64,000 bases of DNA from positions 2,210 to 66,209 of the forward strand of contig NIVC01000226.1 of NCBI GenBank assembly GCA_002269645.1. Reading direction: 5' to 3'. A program made the translations under genes and the position numbers. This document shows positions 57,985-64,000 of the stretch, piece by piece; the stretch's first letter is position 1, and the number at the start of each line of letters is the position of its first letter. The notes beneath the pieces were generated by a model that was not told where the DNA came from, ran no database searches, and saw nothing but the letters and a program-made list of their open reading frames with translations. The stretch is from Macrostomum lignano. Taxonomy: Eukaryota.

Positions 57985-60900
57985 CAGCTGATGACTGCGA
58001 CACCCTGCTCAAGGACAGGGACCTGGACTCCTGCACGCTGGAGGAGCTGGTCGAGCAGGCCACGAGGCTGGAGCAAATCGCGAGAAAATGCAAACCAGGC
58101 AACTCGCCCGCAGTGGCGATGGTTGACGATCGACTGGCACGGCTGGAGCAGCAGCTGGAGACCCTGACGGCTGCGGTGACGAGGGGCGGCAGCGCGAGAG
58201 GACGCGGTGGCGGCAGACAGAGAGATCAGCAGCAGCGGTCATCAGGCTGCTTCGGTGCGGTAAGGAAGGCCACATCGCCCGCCCGTGCCCTGCTGGCGGA
58301 TCTCAGGGCCAAGGTCGCTGCTTCAACTGCTCCGGCTGGGGCCACGGCGCGGCTGTCTGTCCGTCAAAGGCTCGGCCGTCGGGAAACTTCTGAGGGTTGG
58401 CAGCGAAGGGCCAGCTCCAACCCGTCAATCAAGTGCCCAATCTGCACTCTCCATCTTCGTGCGTGCGCTTCTGCAAGGCAAGGAGGTCAGTTTCCTGCTC
58501 GACACTGGCGCACAGACATCCTTGATCAGCCGCAGCCTCGCGCAAGTCTGCGGCCTTCAGATCGAGCCCGGTGAAAGCTGCTGCCCGACTTCGGTCGATG
58601 GTGGCCGCCTGAGTTGCATCGGGATTTCCCGAGCCACAATTCAAGTCGGCCAGTCAGTCAAGGTCGTCCACGAGCTCAACGTGGTGGAGAACATCAGTCT
58701 GGATCTCATCCTCGGCATGGACTTCATCACCCAAGCCACCCGAGAGCTTCAGATCGACATCGTTGGTAGGACCGTATGCCTCAACGGAGAGAAAGTCCCG
58801 TTCTTCAACAGCAGCTCAAGCGTCCGAATGGTGACCGGCACCCTCGTTGCTCGAGTGGAAAGCAACACAAGTGTTCCAGCACGCAGCGAAAAGCTGGTGT
58901 GGCTCCGCGTCAAGTCGGAAGACGAGCAAGGCATCTTCGAGCCCGACGCCAACTTTACCCAAGCGACTGGTTTGCTTGTCTCGAGAGTTTTGACCGTTTC
59001 AGCTGATCAGAAGATTCCAGTCCGGGTGTGCAATTTAGGCTCCGAGGAGGTGCTGCTCTACGCCAACAAGGCCGTCGGCTCTTTTGAAGCTGCCGACCTG
59101 ATCAACAACAGCGCTGGCACAGTCAAGCAGTCGGACTGCTGGGATGTCAACCCTGACTTGGATGCGGCTGAAAGGCAGAGACTACTGGCACTGCTCAAGG
59201 CGAACGGTGACCTATTCAGCACTCACGAGTACGACCTCGGCTCCACAGCGAGCCCTACAAGCAGCGCCAGCGACCGATTCCGCTGCCGGTTCGTGACCAG
59301 GTCGACCAGAAAATCGGCCAGATGCTGGAGCACGACATCATTGAGCCGTCCAACTCGCCCTGGGCCAGCAATCTGATCGTCGTCCGGAAAAAGAGCGGCG
59401 ACATCCGCCTATGCACCGACTGGCGTCAGTTGAACGCTGTGACCATCAAGGACGCCTACCCCCTGCCGCACCTGCAACAATCGATGGATGCTCTGGCGGG
59501 CTGCTCTTGGTTTACCACCATCGACTGCAAGCAGGGGCTCAACCAGGTCGTGGTCGACGAGGCAGACCGCTACAAGACTGCTTTCTATTCCACGCGAGGC
59601 CTTATGCAGTTCAAGAAGATGGGCTTCGGTATTTGCAACTCTCCTGCGACCTTCCAGAGGCTAATGGAGCTCGTTATGTCCGGCCTGACCTGGGAGGAGG
59701 TGCTAGTCTACGTGGATGACTTGATCGTGTTCAGTCGGAGCTTCGAAGAGCATCTGGCCAGCCTGCGCAAAGTTTTTGACAGGCTGCGAGCTGCGGGACT
59801 GAAGCTCAACAAGGACAAGTCGGTGTTCGCTCACAGGAGCGTGAAGTACCTGGGCCACATCGTCAGCCGGGAAGGAATTCGGCCGGATCCGGACAAAGTG
59901 GAGGCCCTGGCCAAGATTCAGTAACAAAGTTCTGCCGAGGAGGTGCGACGATTCATCGGTATGTTGTGCTTCTATCGCAGATTCATCAGGGACTTCAGCA
60001 AGACAGCAGCACCACTGCATGCTGCAACACAGAAGACGGGCTTCACCTGGACAGACGAGTGCGAGACGGCCTTCCAGACGCTCAAGGACCAACTTGGGCG
60101 AGCACCTGTGCTTCGCCTGCCGGACTTCAGCCGACCATTTGTCCTGAGCTGCGACGCCAGCGCCATCGCAGTGGGTGCGGTTCTCTGCCAGCGTTACGGA
60201 GACGCGGAGCTTCCAGTGGCGTTTGCCTTCAGGACCCTCAACAAGGCGGAACGAAATTACTCGGCCACTGACAGGGAACTGCTCGCCTTGGTTTGGAGTC
60301 TCAAGCACTTCAGAGCCTACCTGTGCAACGTGAAAGACTTCACTGTGTTACCGATCACCAGCCGCTCAAGGGCCTGCTGCAGACCAAGGAGCCAGAGGGT
60401 CGGCTGGCACGTTGGCTCGACACCATCCAGCAGTTCAATTTCGCGCTCTGCTATCGGCCAGGGCGGGAGAACGTGGTGCCAGACCTGCTCAGTCGGACGG
60501 CTGTCACTCAACTAGCAAATCGCGATGACTTCCTGGCAGAGCAGCTCCGAGACAGCCTTCTGCAGAATGTCTTCAAGGCGATCAGTGACAGCTTCGTCCA
60601 CCTGTCCAAAGGCTGTCAGCAGCGATTCGAAGAATTCATAGCAAATGGCGACATCGAGATCGGGCAACACGGTGAGCTGGTCCGGCAGGGCAAACCGGTG
60701 GTGCCCAGCCACCTGCGTGCGCATTTCCTGGCTGACGCGCACGACGCCGCCTGCAGCGGTCACCTCGGCACAGACCGAACGCTGGACAAGCTCGCCGACC
60801 GCTGCTGGTGGCCGGGCATGCACAACGACGTCAAGAACTGGGTCGCCAGCTGCGCCGCTTGTCTTCGGCGGAAGAACAGCAGTCGGCCGCAGCGATCACC

Positions 60901-62447
60901 ACTGCAAGCGACTCCACTGCCGTCGAGGCCATATGGGAGATGGTCCAGATCGATATCAAGGGTCCGCTGCTAAGGACACCACGAGGCAACAGTTACGTGC
61001 TGAGCATCTTTGACTGCTTCTCAAAGTGGATGGAGACCTGCGCTCTACCGAGCATCGAGGCTGAGCGGGTGGCCGACGCTATGGTCAGGCAGGTAGCGCT
61101 TCGGCACGGCGTCCCAGACGCAATCCACAGCGACCAAGGGTGTCAATTCGAAAGCCATCTGTTCCAGTCCCTGTGCCAGCGGCTCGGCATGCAGAAAAGC
61201 CGCACTTTGCCTTTCCATCCCAGCGGCAACGGCCTGGTCGAGCGCGGAAACCGAACCTTTGGTGACATGCTAGCGACGGTTGTGGCAGAGGATCAGGACG
61301 ACTGGGACCTCCAACTTGCCTTCGTCACGTGGGCCTTCAACAGCTCGGTGCACTCGACCACGGGCCTGTCGCCGTACCAGACGCTGCACGGATGGCCACC
61401 AAGGCTGCCAATCGACTCGAAGCTGCCCAAAGCATTGAATGGCTTCACTGATGCGCTGGACTTTGCAGAGGCAACTCAGAGGCGCCTGCTGGACAGCCGG
61501 GCGCGTGTCCATCAGCAACTGCAGGCGTCACAGACCGAGCGCAACGAGCGGTACAACATGGAGACTCGGTTCCGGCCGTACAAAGAGGGCGACTTGGTGA
61601 TGCTGAGCTGCAAGGTGGTGAAACCTGGCAGATCAAAAAGCCTCAGTAACCGCTGGACCGGGCCGTACATCATCTTGAAGAGGCTCGGCGAGGTCAACTA
61701 CCGAGTGCGGCCGGCCTCGGGTCCCGGCGTGCGGATGCGACGCAGGCAGGTGGTGCACCACGACCGGCTCAAACCATTTGTGGAACGGCGCAACTCCTTA
61801 CGGCCCGGCGACGACCTGCAGGCTACCGCAGATGAGGCTGCTGACGGACTGGTTGACCCTCAGCTCCAGGCGCCTGATGCCTGGGTGCAGCTGTTCGACG
61901 GTAACGGCGGACCGGATGAGACAGCGACCGAGACCAATCAGCAAGAGGCTCAGCTGCAGCGACCGAGACCAATCAGCAAGAGGCTCAGCTGCAGCGACCG
62001 AGACCAATCAGCAAGAGGCTCAGCTGCAGCGACCGAGACCAATCAGCAAGAGGCTCAGCTGCAGCGACCGAGACCAATCAGCAAGAGGCTCAGCTGCCGA
62101 GACGGTCGGCCAGAGAGCGAAGACCTCCTGATTTTTATCGCCCAATGTGAATGCTTGATTTTCTGTGAACTTTTGCCATAGACATTGTGTTGTGTCTTTT
62201 AAACCCTGGTGGGGAAGTGGTGTGAGCATTCTATGCACCTATAAATATTCTAATGTTGTTCGTAGTCATATTTGTACGTGCTTGTATATGGGGGGTGGTT
62301 GTTTGCAACGTGCGGTTGCGCCCGTGCGTGTGCAACACCCAAACCCCACCTCAATCTTCGGCTTATAATATATATCAATTGTCAGGCCTGAGCGCCAAAA
62401 CGGTTTTCTCGCAATCTCAAACCTCACTCGTTTTACACCTACCAACA
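57985..62447 (+). mobile_element. Ty3/Gypsy LTR retrotransposon, 5'-truncated and frameshifted, with 3' LTR
   Basis: Gag zinc knuckles (C..CGKEGHIARPC, CFNCSGWGHGAAVC), protease LLDTGAQTSLI, RT (IEPSNSPWAS, DAYPLP, YVDDLIVFS), RNase H (CDASAIAVGAVL), integrase (HLG...CAAC, DIKGPL, SDQG, ERGNR, WTGPY) in Gypsy order. PPT GGTGGGGAAGTGG at 62208-62220, LTR from TG at 62221 to about CA at 62447. No 5' LTR seen. Confidence 0.93.
61922..62096 (+). repeat. Five 35-nt tandem units at the end of the Gypsy integrase ORF
   Basis: CAGCGACCGAGACCAATCAGCAAGAGGCTCAGCTG x5. Confidence 0.97.
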
Positions 62448-62540
62448 GACTGGCGTGGACATCAAGAGACAGCTGGGCGCCCACCAAGAGAAAGGGATGC
62501 CCACCTAGAGACAAGAAAACCAAATATTTGCACCAATCAA

Positions 62541-64000
62541 GGTTGCGGCACCCTCCAATTAGAATTCCTGCTTACGCTTACGCCTCTGTCAATTTAAGAA
62601 TTCATTTTGAAGCGTTTGAAAACAGACTCATATCTGCCCAATCAGAATTACCATGTTGTCGTGTGGTTATTTTTACCGTTTGAAATATGATTCACAGTCT
62701 CCTTAACTATATACCATTTTTAGAAGCGTCTTCACTTCATGATTAGGCAGCTGCATGTTCATTACAAAGACAAAGAAGTGCTAATCAGCAGTCGAAATAA
62801 GTAAAGAGCTACGCTTCCACATCAACTTTTCATGACAAACAGCTCGGATAAAAAATTGTGAAAATCGTCGGACTGGGTTAAACAGATATCCAATATCCCA
62901 TCAAAAATTTCTACAATTAGAAAAAGTATAGAATATTAAAGCTTGCTGTCGTTAACTAGGGTGAGCGCGGTTAGGGCTTTAACATCTGAATTTTGCAGAG
63001 TCAGAAATTCACTTTAGATAGTCGAGATACTTTTCAGCACTTGTAGCTGCTTTGAACTTTTAATTAATTCACGAGAGTAGCTGTCTAATATGGTTTCATT
63101 GTTGGGAACTCTTGTCATTCGAATCGCCTCGTGACTCGTCTGGGTCTCCTCGATTGTCCCCTCTTCCGTCTTGAGCGTCTTGCTGCCGACCGCTTTGTCT
63201 TTGAACGCTGATCTGCCTAAAAATATCCAAGTGACGCAGATGCCTGCCCACTATAGTGTTCCTTGAGTTGTACTCGGTTGCCTTGAAGCGGAGAACGGAG
63301 CATGGTGCTTTGTGTTCGATTTGGACCAGTGCAAATTGTATTTAGACACCTATTGCGCAATCGCTAGTATTCAGGAGTTTTCTATTCAAGCATATAGTTT
63401 GAAGCTGCGGCGCTAGTTAAAAGCTTTTCTCCCCTAACGTTTCTACGCTCGTATTCCATTTTTGCTACTAACTAGGAATTGGGTGCTCAAAAGAGTGAAT
63501 AGAGCTCATTTCCAATAATAAACAAGCGACCCCCGATCTCTTGAGCACTCACATTACTCATCCAGAGTCTTGCGCAAAGGGAGCCGGAAGCCAAGGCCAG
63601 AAGCATTTGCTGCCTCGTCACTTTGAAGCGCCCACAGGTGCTTCTCAAACAAAGACACAACCGGCCCGTATTCATTAACCAGCTTCGGGCAGTCCACTAT
63701 TTGGCCGTTTGCCGCTGTGACACCCAGGCAGCGAGTCTGCACAAGCTTGTCCACAGCTAGTGACTTGGCCGAAGCCACCGTCAGGAGAGTTGTCGTCGCC
63801 CTCCGGACACCGAATATAGCCCAGAGATGCACCTGCCGCCTCCTCCAGCTCTGGTGTGACAAGCTGACCCATTTTGAAGAGAGCAGCGGCTCTGAGATAG
63901 GCTTTGCCGACCTGAGCGCTGTCTGGAATCTGGCGCTCGACGTCCGACAAAAGTTGAGTCAATCTGCCAGACCGAGACCCGACCGGAGCTTCACTCCTGA
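62541..64000 (+). repeat. Segmental direct duplication, copy 2
   Basis: Matches 49166-50625, with small indels. Confidence 0.97.
63487..64000 (-). pseudogene. 3' part of a second cGLR/Mab-21 copy with two 1-nt insertions (pseudogene or sequence error)
   Basis: Same C-terminus (...GGRLFIIGNELYSLF). GAAGCGCCCACAGG vs GAAGCCGCACAGG and TCAGGAGAGTTG vs TCAGGGAGTTG break the frame. Confidence 0.7.

Noticed and set aside
62448-62465. TGGCG after the LTR as a primer-binding site of a second Gypsy copy
   Set aside because: The sequence is better explained as a degenerate 20-nt repeat unit, and no gag follows.

Overview
Eukaryotic (metazoan) genomic window with GC-rich exons, AT-rich introns and very dense repeats. 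The overall style is compatible with a free-living flatworm such as Macrostomum, but that assignment is inference. Spliced genes reconstructed by eye with GT-AG sites and consistent phase: CNOT10 (+, 6 coding exons), a putative C2H2-type zinc-finger gene (+, 2 exons), DPH7/WDR85 (+, 6 exons, no genomic start codon), a phospholipid scramblase (-, 5 exons), a Mab-21/cGAS-like nucleotidyltransferase (-, 2 exons) with a partial frameshifted duplicate at the right edge, and a single-exon secreted Cys-rich protein (-). Mobile DNA: a CpG-decayed mariner remnant, nested TIR elements, three non-autonomous Helitrons (two joined head-to-tail) with internal minisatellite arrays, a tRNA/CORE SINE, an intron-containing Ginger1-like element with CCGG TSD, a decayed piggyBac and a 5'-truncated Gypsy element. 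Most introns contain their own 16-28 nt minisatellite. Most notable leads: DPH7 apparently needs a spliced-leader-donated AUG within a possible CNOT10-ZnF-DPH7 operon, the duplicated cGLR, the Helitron tandem junction, and signs of CpG deamination in old transposons.
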